Source: an uncultured bacterium (lineage in GTDB: Bacteria; Macinerneyibacteriota; Macinerneyibacteria; Macinerneyibacteriales; DSCS01). From it: DNA of 24,311 nt. The translations under genes were made by a program, and so were the position numbers. The notes below the pieces were generated by a model, which worked only from the letters and a program-made list of their open reading frames with translations, was not told the origin of the DNA and searched no databases. The stretch's first letter is position 1, and the number at the start of each line of letters is the position of its first letter. Shown one piece after another: positions 1-7,680 of the stretch. The stretch is from NCBI GenBank assembly GCA_964548195.1, contig CAZJQC010000021.1:1-24311 (forward strand), in the 5' to 3' direction.

Positions 1-2
1 TA

Positions 3-1136
3 ACGCATGCGCTTCATGATTTTGTGAGGGCTTGGTCAAAAGACAATGAGGTGCGTGTGATTCGGCCTCTGATCATCAATGCCAATCCGGTCAAACCGTT
101 TCATTATTATCCGAAGCACATCGTATCTCCGGGAGAGTATGTGCTGGACGGCATAAACATCTCGGCTGTTCCGGTATATAGAATTCCCAAGACCGAGATC
201 TTTCTCACCGGAAAGCTTGAACGCAGCATACACGACTCGGATTTCAAGCCGGATGTGATCATCGCACATTTTGGCAGAAGCATCATCATCGGTGCCAAGA
301 TAGCCGCACGATTTGGAACACCATTCGTCGCAGGAATTCATATATCAGATATGATTCATATAAATAAGCACGACATTTTTAAACGTATACTGATTAAAAA
401 ATTAAAAAAAGCTGCAGGAATAGCTTGTAGGGCACCTCACATAAAAAAGAACTTTAGTGATTTGAAAATTGTCGATGAAGAGATGGTTTTTTCCGCATAT
501 TCAGGTATCAGAGCATCTTTAATAACCAAAAATTTTTATAATTCTCCAAAGTATACAAATTTATTCAGTAGTAATAATGTCGTTCTATCAACCGCTTCAA
601 CTTTGATAAAAAGGAAAAATATCGATGTCATATTACAGGCGCTTGCCTTGTTGGATTGCAACTGGAAATTTCATGTTGTGGGAGACGGCGAAGAGTCAGA
701 ACATTTACGGAATGTGGCGGACACGCATAAAATAAGCGATAGAGTTGTTTTTCACGGTTTGCTAAGCCATACGGAGACCCTTAAAATTATGTCTGCGTCT
801 CATTTATTTGTTCTTCCAAGTACCAATGAGACATTTGGGATGGCATATCTTGAGGCAATGGCAACCGGAAATATTGTGATCGGCTCAAAGGGTTGCGGCA
901 TTGACGGCATTATCCGTGACGGCGAAAACGGCTATCTTGTCGCCCCTGAAAGTGTGGAAGATTTGTCCAAAACACTTGAAGAGATCATCGTTAACTCTGA
1001 CAAAGAAAAACTTCAAAAAATACTTAAAGCGTCCTTTGAAACCGTATCGGGCATGCGTTCTGAAGATATGGCGGAAAAATATTTATGCTACGTAAGAAAA
1101 GCCGTAAAAGCAAATAAATCAGGCGAAGATCTCTGA
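3..1136 (+). CDS. Glycosyltransferase family 4 (GT-B, TuaC-like), 5'-truncated by the window edge
   Basis: The frame is open from position 3 (THALHDFVRAW...), so the GTG at 24 is probably not the true start. GT4 motifs: KRKNID, VVGDG, E-x7-E (ETFGMAYLE), GIIRDGENGYL. Confidence 0.88.
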   Translation, partial: THALHDFVRAWSKDNEVRVIRPLIINANPVKPFHYYPKHIVSPGEYVLDGINISAVPVYRIPKTEIFLTGKLERSIHDSDFKPDVIIAHFGRSIIIGAKIAARFGTPFVAGIHISDMIHINKHDIFKRILIKKLKKAAGIACRAPHIKKNFSDLKIVDEEMVFSAYSGIRASLITKNFYNSPKYTNLFSSNNVVLSTASTLIKRKNIDVILQALALLDCNWKFHVVGDGEESEHLRNVADTHKISDRVVFHGLLSHTETLKIMSASHLFVLPSTNETFGMAYLEAMATGNIVIGSKGCGIDGIIRDGENGYLVAPESVEDLSKTLEEIIVNSDKEKLQKILKASFETVSGMRSEDMAEKYLCYVRKAVKANKSGEDL

Positions 1137-2204
1137 TATCCATCGTCCCCAGTCTTTTTCAGCCGAGACGTTAAAGTTCGAAGATCGCAGCCTTGTCTTT
1201 GCGCTGCGCACGTCATCCATATCGATGGAATCGAATAGTCTCACCAGACTCGCGACATTATATTTTTTAACAGAAAAACCCAGGCCGTAATCATGCACCA
1301 GTTCATTGAGATCGACATTTTCCTCGGATACGAGAACGGGCAACCCGTTCAGCGCGTATTCAAAAAACTTATTCGGCATGACGTGTATGTGGTTAAAGGA
1401 GTTCGGGGGGAATATGGTTGCTCCTATATCGAAACGGTGGAAGTCCTGGCCGATGGTCGTGGGCGGTTCGGGCTCCAGGAAAAAAATATTCGGCTGATCT
1501 TCAAAACGTTTTTTGAGCCATGCGAAATTCCCGACAAGCCTGAGGAAAAGTTCCGTGTTTTTGGATTTTACAGCAGCCTCCGCCAATATTTCAAGGCCGC
1601 GAAGCCTTGTCACGCCGCCGTGATAATATATGCGTATCTTTTCATGTCCGATTTCTTCATTGATGCGATCTTTATCTTTCGGCGCCTGAATGGGGATGTT
1701 ACGAAGTAGTATGGCATTTTTAAGGCCGTATTTGTCTTTAAGCGCGTTTACTATCCCCGGACTTACCGCGGATACGAGAACGGCGCTGTGAATATATTTT
1801 TTTTCGATTATACCTGCAAGTGGTTTGATCATAAAAAACCATTTGGGGAGTTTGATCCCAAATTGCCTGGTAGCCATTTCATGAGAATCATAGATGAGCT
1901 TCGCATTATACTTTCGAGCCAGCTCATACCCGAGCGGCAAAGTGTTCCAGTCATTGCATACGATCACATCGTAAAGAGCATCGGGGGGCGAGAGCCTGCC
2001 GTACAGTATCTCGACCGAGCGTTCCGGCTTGCGGAACATATTCAGAAGATATGAAATTTTTTCATGAGACCCAAAACGCTTTTGCCGCGGCTCATCATAA
2101 CCGCAGACGGTCACCGCATGTCCCGCCTTTTTAAAAAAATGTTCATGCTTGATTATTCTGATGTCTCTTGCAACGTATGAATAGCTTAAAATCAGCACAT
2201 TCAT
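1119..2204 (-). CDS. Glycosyltransferase (GT4/GT-B, capsular or O-antigen type)
   Basis: 361 aa with DIRI at the N-terminus, IYDSHE, YHGG..RGLE and PNKFFEY...GLPV, all typical of polysaccharide GT4-like enzymes. Its start overlaps the stop of the upstream GT (ATAA/TGA-type coupling at 2201-2204). Confidence 0.85.
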   Translation of the reverse strand: MNVLILSYSYVARDIRIIKHEHFFKKAGHAVTVCGYDEPRQKRFGSHEKISYLLNMFRKPERSVEILYGRLSPPDALYDVIVCNDWNTLPLGYELARKYNAKLIYDSHEMATRQFGIKLPKWFFMIKPLAGIIEKKYIHSAVLVSAVSPGIVNALKDKYGLKNAILLRNIPIQAPKDKDRINEEIGHEKIRIYYHGGVTRLRGLEILAEAAVKSKNTELFLRLVGNFAWLKKRFEDQPNIFFLEPEPPTTIGQDFHRFDIGATIFPPNSFNHIHVMPNKFFEYALNGLPVLVSEENVDLNELVHDYGLGFSVKKYNVASLVRLFDSIDMDDVRSAKTRLRSSNFNVSAEKDWGRWISEIFA

Positions 2205-3238
2205 AAAATATTTCCTGCCTTGAGGTTTTTGAATATGTCTGTCCAGTCCTGTGGTTTTATGATATCCGCCTTGGCGGAAGCGGCGGCGTTTTCGACGAAG
2301 GACTCGATGTCTTTCACGTTGCCGTCATAGGTGAGCAGGTATGGGGATGCGGCCAATAGCGGCGATTCTTTGTATCCGCAGATCACGGGCAGTCCGTAGG
2401 CGAGGTATTCGCGGGCCTTAAGTGGCCTGGCTTCGTGTATGGCAATTCTGTCAAGGGCCATCGAGGCGAATGCCGCGTCGCATTTTTCATAGACAGCGGC
2501 CAGTTGCGCGGCGGTCTTTCTGCCGGCGAATATTACCCTGCCGCTTTTCGAGGCGGCGAGCTGTTTAAGTATGCTGTTCTGTTCGGGCCCGAAGCCGGCA
2601 AGGACGAGGGCGAGCCGTTCAGAGGCGTTGATGATGTCTATGACCCTGTCGACCCCTGTCCAGGGGAAGAAGGTGGCTGCCATGACTGTTATCATAAAGC
2701 CTTTGGCGCGAAGACTGTCTATGCGTTCGTTCAGGCCGGGATCCTCTTCCGGTATCACGGCGGGCCTTTCGTATCCGTTGTCGATCACGGTGACGGGCGC
2801 GTGGGGAGAGATGGAGTTTATGTATGCCTTCAGTTCTTCGGTGAACGTTATTATATGTCCGGCGTTATCGTAGAGTTTTTTTTCATATTTATTGTTCAGA
2901 TACCGTTTGAGCTTTCCCTTGAGCCCTTCTTCGCGTTTCAGTTCCTCCGTATTTTTTGTATTGATCTCCAGTATGTATCTGCCTTTCATATGGCTGATAA
3001 GATAGCCGTTGATGATATGGTTCAGCGCGGCGTATCTGTAATACACCTTTTCGCCCTTGATCATTTTTGAGACTGCGTCGAACTGATCGGTGAAAATACG
3101 TTTAAGCGGGGAACGTGAGGAATAAAGCACGGGGCGGTAATCGTACAGTTCGCGCAATGCCCTGCTCTGCGCGCGCGCCTTTTTTTCAACGCCGGTGCCC
3201 GCAAAATTTTCGCAAACGACAAAATACTTCAAGCCCAT
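2201..3238 (-). CDS. Glycosyltransferase (GT4-like)
   Basis: 345 aa with GVEKK at the N-terminus, ILEIN, W.G.DR, LAGFG and PLK.REYLAYGLPVI. Overlaps the 3' end of wecB. Confidence 0.8.
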   Translation of the reverse strand: MGLKYFVVCENFAGTGVEKKARAQSRALRELYDYRPVLYSSRSPLKRIFTDQFDAVSKMIKGEKVYYRYAALNHIINGYLISHMKGRYILEINTKNTEELKREEGLKGKLKRYLNNKYEKKLYDNAGHIITFTEELKAYINSISPHAPVTVIDNGYERPAVIPEEDPGLNERIDSLRAKGFMITVMAATFFPWTGVDRVIDIINASERLALVLAGFGPEQNSILKQLAASKSGRVIFAGRKTAAQLAAVYEKCDAAFASMALDRIAIHEARPLKAREYLAYGLPVICGYKESPLLAASPYLLTYDGNVKDIESFVENAAASAKADIIKPQDWTDIFKNLKAGNIL

Positions 3239-4335
3239 GTCTTCAGATGCTCCCTGATAAGCTCGGATGTGCGGCCGTCACCGTATACGGGCGCCCAGCG
3301 ACAGCGGTCTGTGTCTTTAAGCGCGCTGTCCGCGGCGTCGATGATCGCATTGAGGTCATCGGGCGATGCGAGCCGGTTTTCGCCGTTTAAAAGGGTCTCC
3401 GTCCACTCGGTCTCATTTCTCATGGTCACGCAGGGAGTCTTCAGATAATAGGCTTCTTTCTGCATGCCGCCGGAATCGGTTATCACGGCGGCGGCGTTTT
3501 TTTCAAGGTTAAGCATATCGAGATAGCCTGCCGGTTCCGTGAGGCGTATATTGCTTCTCGGCGCGATGTTCATATCGGAGAGCTTCTTTTTGGTCCTGGG
3601 GTGAAGCGGCATTATCACGGGAAGCGGGAGCTCGCCCAATGCCCTGAATATATTGCGCAGCCGCGGCGCGATATCGGTGTTTTCCGCCCGGTGCACGGTG
3701 GAGAGTATATAGCCGCCGGGTTCAAGGCTCATGTTATTAAGTGTCGGCCTTTTTTCGGCCAAGGCGGAGTGCCTCAGCACGGCGTCCAGCATGATGTCGC
3801 CTGAGACCAGGACATCCACGCGGCTAAGGTAGTATCCGCTGCCGCTGTCTTTTGAGATGATGCCCTCTTTTTTGAGCGTTTCCTCGGAAGCGGGCGACGG
3901 GCAATAGAGTATGGAAGAGAGCCGGTCTGTCAGGACGCGGTTCTGTTCTTCCGGCATATTCATGTTAAAGCTGCGCAGGCCTGCCTCAACGTGCGCGACG
4001 GGCACGTGTATTTTCGCCGCTGCCAGTGCGGCCGCCAGGGTCGAGTTTGTGTCCCCAAACACGACGCACATGTCATGTCCGCCTTCCAGCAGGTATTCCT
4101 CGATGCCGCGCATGATATGAGCGGTCTGGACGGCGTGGCTCGCGCTGCCGGCGCAAAGGTCTTTTTTCGGCCTGGGTATGGACAGCTCGTCAAAGAACAG
4201 CTTTGCCATGTTATCGTCATAATGCTGGCCGGTATTAAGTATCTCGGGCGGCCGGCCGTTTTCGCTCAATGCGGCGGCCAGCGGAGCGAGTTTGATGAAC
4301 TGAGGCCTGGCGCCCGCGACTAAAAGGATCTTCAT
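3229..4335 (-). CDS. wecB: UDP-N-acetylglucosamine 2-epimerase, non-hydrolysing (WecB/WbpI family)
   Basis: Motifs GARPQFIK, TGQHYD, GDTNST, HVEAGLRS, PEE.NR, TDSGG.QKEA and TEW.ET. Start moved from 4413 to ATG 4335, which follows an AGGAGA Shine-Dalgarno (SD) and gives MKILLVAGARP. Confidence 0.93.
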   Translation of the reverse strand: MKILLVAGARPQFIKLAPLAAALSENGRPPEILNTGQHYDDNMAKLFFDELSIPRPKKDLCAGSASHAVQTAHIMRGIEEYLLEGGHDMCVVFGDTNSTLAAALAAAKIHVPVAHVEAGLRSFNMNMPEEQNRVLTDRLSSILYCPSPASEETLKKEGIISKDSGSGYYLSRVDVLVSGDIMLDAVLRHSALAEKRPTLNNMSLEPGGYILSTVHRAENTDIAPRLRNIFRALGELPLPVIMPLHPRTKKKLSDMNIAPRSNIRLTEPAGYLDMLNLEKNAAAVITDSGGMQKEAYYLKTPCVTMRNETEWTETLLNGENRLASPDDLNAIIDAADSALKDTDRCRWAPVYGDGRTSELIREHLKTWA

Positions 4336-4342
4336 CTTTCTC

Positions 4343-4717
4343 CTAAAACTCAAAAAACTTGGCCTCTGCCGTGGCGAAGAGGGTGTTTTCCGAGCGCAGT
4401 TCGGCTTTTGCACGTATCAGTTTATGTCTTTTTTCGCTGATCTCAGCCGTGACGGTAACATGAGTGCCCACGGGAAGCGCTTTTTTATATTTGACGTTCA
4501 GGTCGACCGTGTACGCGTTGTAGCCGGCGAAGAGACAGGCTTTTGCCATGGCCTCGTCAAGCAGTGTGGAGACGATGCCGCCGTGCACAACGCCGGTGTA
4601 TCCCTGAAAATATTCCGGCATCACGTATTCGGCGCTTGCCCTGTCCGGGCCTGGCGTAAACACCAGTTTCATGCCTCTTTCATTTTTCTGGCCGCACACA
4701 AAACATTTTTCATCCAT
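4343..4717 (-). CDS. PaaI-family hotdog-fold thioesterase
   Basis: CFVCG..N..G at the N-terminus and FQGY.GVVHGG....LLDEAM. SD AAAGGTGA upstream. Confidence 0.88.
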   Translation of the reverse strand: MDEKCFVCGQKNERGMKLVFTPGPDRASAEYVMPEYFQGYTGVVHGGIVSTLLDEAMAKACLFAGYNAYTVDLNVKYKKALPVGTHVTVTAEISEKRHKLIRAKAELRSENTLFATAEAKFFEF

Positions 4718-4749
4718 TGCAGGTCACCTTTCATGTTTACATATGATAC

Positions 4750-4777
4750 ACTATACACCCCGGGCCATTTTTTTCAA
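4750..4777 (-). promoter_or_regulatory. Putative sigma70 promoter for the thioesterase-wecB-GT-GT operon
   Basis: Minus strand TTGAAA(4777-4772)-N16-TATAGT(4755-4750), back to back with the plus-strand promoter at 4783. Confidence 0.5.
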
Positions 4778-4782
4778 GAACA

Positions 4783-4811
4783 TTGACCATCCTGACGTTT
4801 TCGGCTATAAT
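4783..4811 (+). promoter_or_regulatory. Sigma70 promoter, probably giving a leaderless mRNA for the hydrolase-fold gene
   Basis: TTGACC(4783-4788)-N17-TATAAT(4806-4811)-N6-ATG(4818), with no SD. Confidence 0.75.
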
Positions 4812-4817
4812 TACATC

Positions 4818-5858
4818 ATGAAAAAACTGATATTTATTTTATTTTTATGCCTTTACGCGCATACAGCGCAGGGATCGCCGCTTAGCACGGAACAATACGT
4901 CCAGATAGACGGCCGCAAGATATATGTCGCTGTGGAGGCGGATGACGACAAGGCGCCGGTACTGCTTGTACTGCCGTACGGGCCGGGCGGAAACTGTGAA
5001 TACGTAAGGAAGGGGCTGGGCAGGGAACTGCGCAGGCGTTTTACCGTGGTATACACGGACCCCTACGGCGGCGGACGGTCGCCTCTGAACGGCAAGCGGC
5101 TGATCTATGACAGGAACCCGGTTCAAGGCCTTCACGCGTCGATGCTGGCCGACGACATAGGCAAGATCATGGATGTGCTCGGGTATGAGACATTCGGCAT
5201 CATGGCCCATGATTTCGGGGCATACACGGCCCTTTTGTACGCATCTTCACATACTGAGAGAATAGATTTTTTCATAGCGGTGAACCCCCGTTTCGACTAC
5301 AGGAACAGCATAAGAAGGACGATGTCCGAGATGAGCGATTTTTTCATGCGCCGTTCGGCGGCGGCGGGCGAATCAGCGTCTGCGGCGCTGGATGAGAATA
5401 AAAGCAATGTATTAACGGACATCTGGATGAAGAACACGTTGACCGGCAGGGACATGGAGCGTTATCACGAGCTGTTCAAGGAGGCGGACGGCGGTTTCCC
5501 CTATCTGAAAAGCGGGACAGCCCCTGACGGTGAGGCAAAGACCTTCAAGGCTCTTTTCAAGGAGCCGTTGTTCACGGAACCTTATGATGAGTACGGCTAT
5601 CTGGCCTTTGTCTATTCGGACGATTTTTATGATCGTGACATCATATCGGCTCTTTCGGCCATCGGCGGCATACCCGCTGTCATGGTATTTTCGGGCTCGG
5701 GCCCCTTTTCACCGGGGCTGCAGGAGGACCGCATCACCTGTTTTCTTCCGGACGCGGTTGTGATGACATTTTCGGCGTCGGGATTTTACCCGATGCTTGA
5801 GGAATCCGGCCGTTTTATCGCGATGCTTGACAGCCTGCTGGCTTCAGTCGATCTTTAA
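4818..5858 (+). CDS. Secreted alpha/beta-hydrolase-fold protein (prolyl iminopeptidase-like), possibly catalytically inactive
   Basis: Signal peptide MKKLIFILFLCLYAHTAQG. PVLLVLPYGPGG corresponds to HGGPG, VVYTDPYGGGRS to D.RG.G.S, and AHDFG is the nucleophile elbow. C-terminal SGFYPMLEE corresponds to SGH.P..EE. Start moved from 4671 to 4818. Confidence 0.8.
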   Translation: MKKLIFILFLCLYAHTAQGSPLSTEQYVQIDGRKIYVAVEADDDKAPVLLVLPYGPGGNCEYVRKGLGRELRRRFTVVYTDPYGGGRSPLNGKRLIYDRNPVQGLHASMLADDIGKIMDVLGYETFGIMAHDFGAYTALLYASSHTERIDFFIAVNPRFDYRNSIRRTMSEMSDFFMRRSAAAGESASAALDENKSNVLTDIWMKNTLTGRDMERYHELFKEADGGFPYLKSGTAPDGEAKTFKALFKEPLFTEPYDEYGYLAFVYSDDFYDRDIISALSAIGGIPAVMVFSGSGPFSPGLQEDRITCFLPDAVVMTFSASGFYPMLEESGRFIAMLDSLLASVDL

Positions 5859-6188
5859 GCTTGCTTTTTTGCTGCCGAACTTATTGCATACCGCGGTGAC
5901 CGTGATCTTATCGCCCTTTTTCATGCCCGGCAGATAGTACCTGAGTTCAAGTCCCTCATCGGAGTTCTGCCCTTTCAGGCGGTGCAGGACGGCCTCTTCG
6001 CCGTTGATCGACACTGTGATCTTTGACAGATAATGCGACCCGGCGTCTTTGACCGAATGGGCGACGGAGACGCGCAGCACCCCCTCGGCGTTGTTATAGC
6101 TCAGCTTTATGCCGGAAGCGGGATGGGCGCCTGCGATGCATGTCAGGAACAGCGCGGCGAACATCAAAGCATACAATTTTCTCATCAT
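5844..6188 (-). CDS. Small secreted beta-rich protein with His/Cys motifs (superoxide-reductase/desulfoferrodoxin-like, tentative)
   Basis: Strong SD AAGGAGGT. Signal peptide ends AGA|HP. Motifs VAHSV, SHYLSKI and AVCNKFG. Confidence 0.6.
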   Translation of the reverse strand: MMRKLYALMFAALFLTCIAGAHPASGIKLSYNNAEGVLRVSVAHSVKDAGSHYLSKITVSINGEEAVLHRLKGQNSDEGLELRYYLPGMKKGDKITVTAVCNKFGSKKASLKID

Positions 6189-6224
6189 ACCTCCTTCGTA
6201 GCGGGAAATCCGCGTTTAATTACA

Positions 6225-6253
6225 AATGTACGCTTATTAGTGTTTATAATCAA
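6225..6253 (-). promoter_or_regulatory. Putative sigma70 promoter of the 114-aa secreted protein gene
   Basis: Minus strand TTGATT(6253-6248)-N17-TACATT(6230-6225), in an AT-rich divergent intergenic region. Confidence 0.5.
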
Positions 6254-6262
6254 CGCATCGCC

Positions 6263-6290
6263 TTGAAAAAAGAAAATTTAAATATATAAT
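6263..6290 (+). promoter_or_regulatory. Sigma70 promoter, probably giving a leaderless mRNA for the pilin-like gene
   Basis: TTGAAA(6263-6268)-N16-TATAAT(6285-6290)-N6-ATG(6297), with no SD. Confidence 0.65.
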
Positions 6291-6296
6291 TTGCTT

Positions 6297-6740
6297 ATGA
6301 AAAACAGGGGATACACGTTACTTGAACTGATAATCACGCTGGTCATAATAGGCATACTGTTTGCCGCCGGCGGGCCCATTTACATCAACCATGTCAAGAA
6401 CTCTCATATTACTGAGGCCCAGTTCACGATTGACAGGATCGCTCTTCAGATGAAGACGAACCTCACGCGTTATGGTTACATGGGCGCAGGCGAAACGGAA
6501 GTGCCTCCCGGCAAACATCTGTCATGCACCTCTGCGAACATCGAGACGGTACTCGGCATGACATTGCCGCCCGGTATCAGGGACAGATGGGACATCGCGC
6601 TGGACGCTGACTACTGGTTTGTGGGCAATGAGTTGAACATGTCGGGGGAAATAGTGCTTACCGGGACGGATTCCATACCATTCCGGGGCGTGCTTGTGGT
6701 GCGTTATAATCTGTCTAATTCACAATTTGTCATTGAATAG
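6297..6740 (+). CDS. Type IV pilin-like protein with a class III (prepilin) signal peptide
   Basis: MKNRG|YTLLELIITLVIIGILFAAGGP.Y: short basic leader, Gly at -1, Glu at +5, hydrophobic helix and Pro22. ATG 6297 preferred over TTG 6291. Confidence 0.85.
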   Translation: MKNRGYTLLELIITLVIIGILFAAGGPIYINHVKNSHITEAQFTIDRIALQMKTNLTRYGYMGAGETEVPPGKHLSCTSANIETVLGMTLPPGIRDRWDIALDADYWFVGNELNMSGEIVLTGTDSIPFRGVLVVRYNLSNSQFVIE

Positions 6741-7680
6741 CGGCTTTGCTTCTTTCCATATCTTTATCCGGCAGTATTTTATTATTTATCTTTTTCGACC
6801 GCATGATCCTGTTAGCATATTGAAGATCCGCCTGGTTTACCAGTATGACGTCGCCCGGCTTTATGGTGATATTGTCGAACGCCTTATTGAGCATCCTGAA
6901 CCTGACTTTGTCCGCGAACGAAGGGTGATAGAGTCCGGCCACGACGTTTTTCTGTAATTCTACCGAATGAGGCAATCCTATGCGCCTGATCTCTATGCCG
7001 GCCGCCTCGATCATGTCTGCCGCGCCGGCCACCCAGTCAACGGCGGTCTCCATACCCATTATTTTCAGGTCGTCCTGATAATAGCGTCGTTCAAGTTCGG
7101 TGCCTTTGAGCACGGTAAGCGGGTAGAGGCGGCAGTCTGAGGGCGCGGCTGCGATCATGGTGTTGATATCCTCCATGAACTCCGTTTCGGTCTGTCCGGG
7201 AAAACCCATCATCATCTGCACGCCTACCGAGATGCCGTGGCTTTTTATACGGTCGATCACGGCCATCACGGAATCGGCCTTATATCCCCTGTTCAGCATC
7301 TCCAGGTATTTATCGTTAAAGGACTGTACGCCGAGTTCTATGTGATTCACCCTGTTGGCGCGGTAATATTCGAGCAGTCCGTCATCCAGCGCGTCGGGGC
7401 GTGTGGAGAAGCGTATGCCCTGTATTGCGCCTTTGCGGATAAAATCGTTTGCGATTTTTAGAAAGTCATGCTGTTTTTCCCTGTCCAGCAGCGAAAATGT
7501 ACCGCCGAAGAAAGCCACTTCCGCCGAATATTGTTCGTTTTTATGTTCCGAGGCGAATTTTTCAAGCGCCTCTGCGAGTCCGATGCCGTTATCGCCGGAT
7601 ATCGCGGTCTGGTCACAGTATATGCATTTGAAGGGGCAGCCCTGAAAGGGTATGAAATAGGGCATTATATACTTTTTCAC
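6730..7680 (-). CDS. Radical SAM protein (Elp3/HemN-like family often found after rnc; no GNAT domain apparent)
   Basis: CxxxCxxC (CPFKCIYC), AFFGGTF, IRFSTRPD, ELGVQS, RLYP..V.KGT and AG.YHPSF. True start is probably GTG 7680, overlapping the rnc stop (GTGA), not 7794. Confidence 0.85.
   Translation of the reverse strand: MKKYIMPYFIPFQGCPFKCIYCDQTAISGDNGIGLAEALEKFASEHKNEQYSAEVAFFGGTFSLLDREKQHDFLKIANDFIRKGAIQGIRFSTRPDALDDGLLEYYRANRVNHIELGVQSFNDKYLEMLNRGYKADSVMAVIDRIKSHGISVGVQMMMGFPGQTETEFMEDINTMIAAAPSDCRLYPLTVLKGTELERRYYQDDLKIMGMETAVDWVAGAADMIEAAGIEIRRIGLPHSVELQKNVVAGLYHPSFADKVRFRMLNKAFDNITIKPGDVILVNQADLQYANRIMRSKKINNKILPDKDMERSKAAIQ

Noticed and set aside
1797..3186. A7-A8 homopolymers in the glycosyltransferases (T runs at 1797-1804, 2876-2883 and 3180-3186) as phase-variation tracts
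   Set aside because: Short, explained by Lys codons, similar runs occur in housekeeping genes here, and all frames are intact.
4336..4413. N-terminal extensions in the ORF track (wecB from 4413, hydrolase from 4671, radical SAM from 7794, fabG from 10788, ptb from 18145)
   Set aside because: They overlap neighbouring genes. Downstream starts have an SD, a promoter or stop/start coupling, and match the family N-termini.
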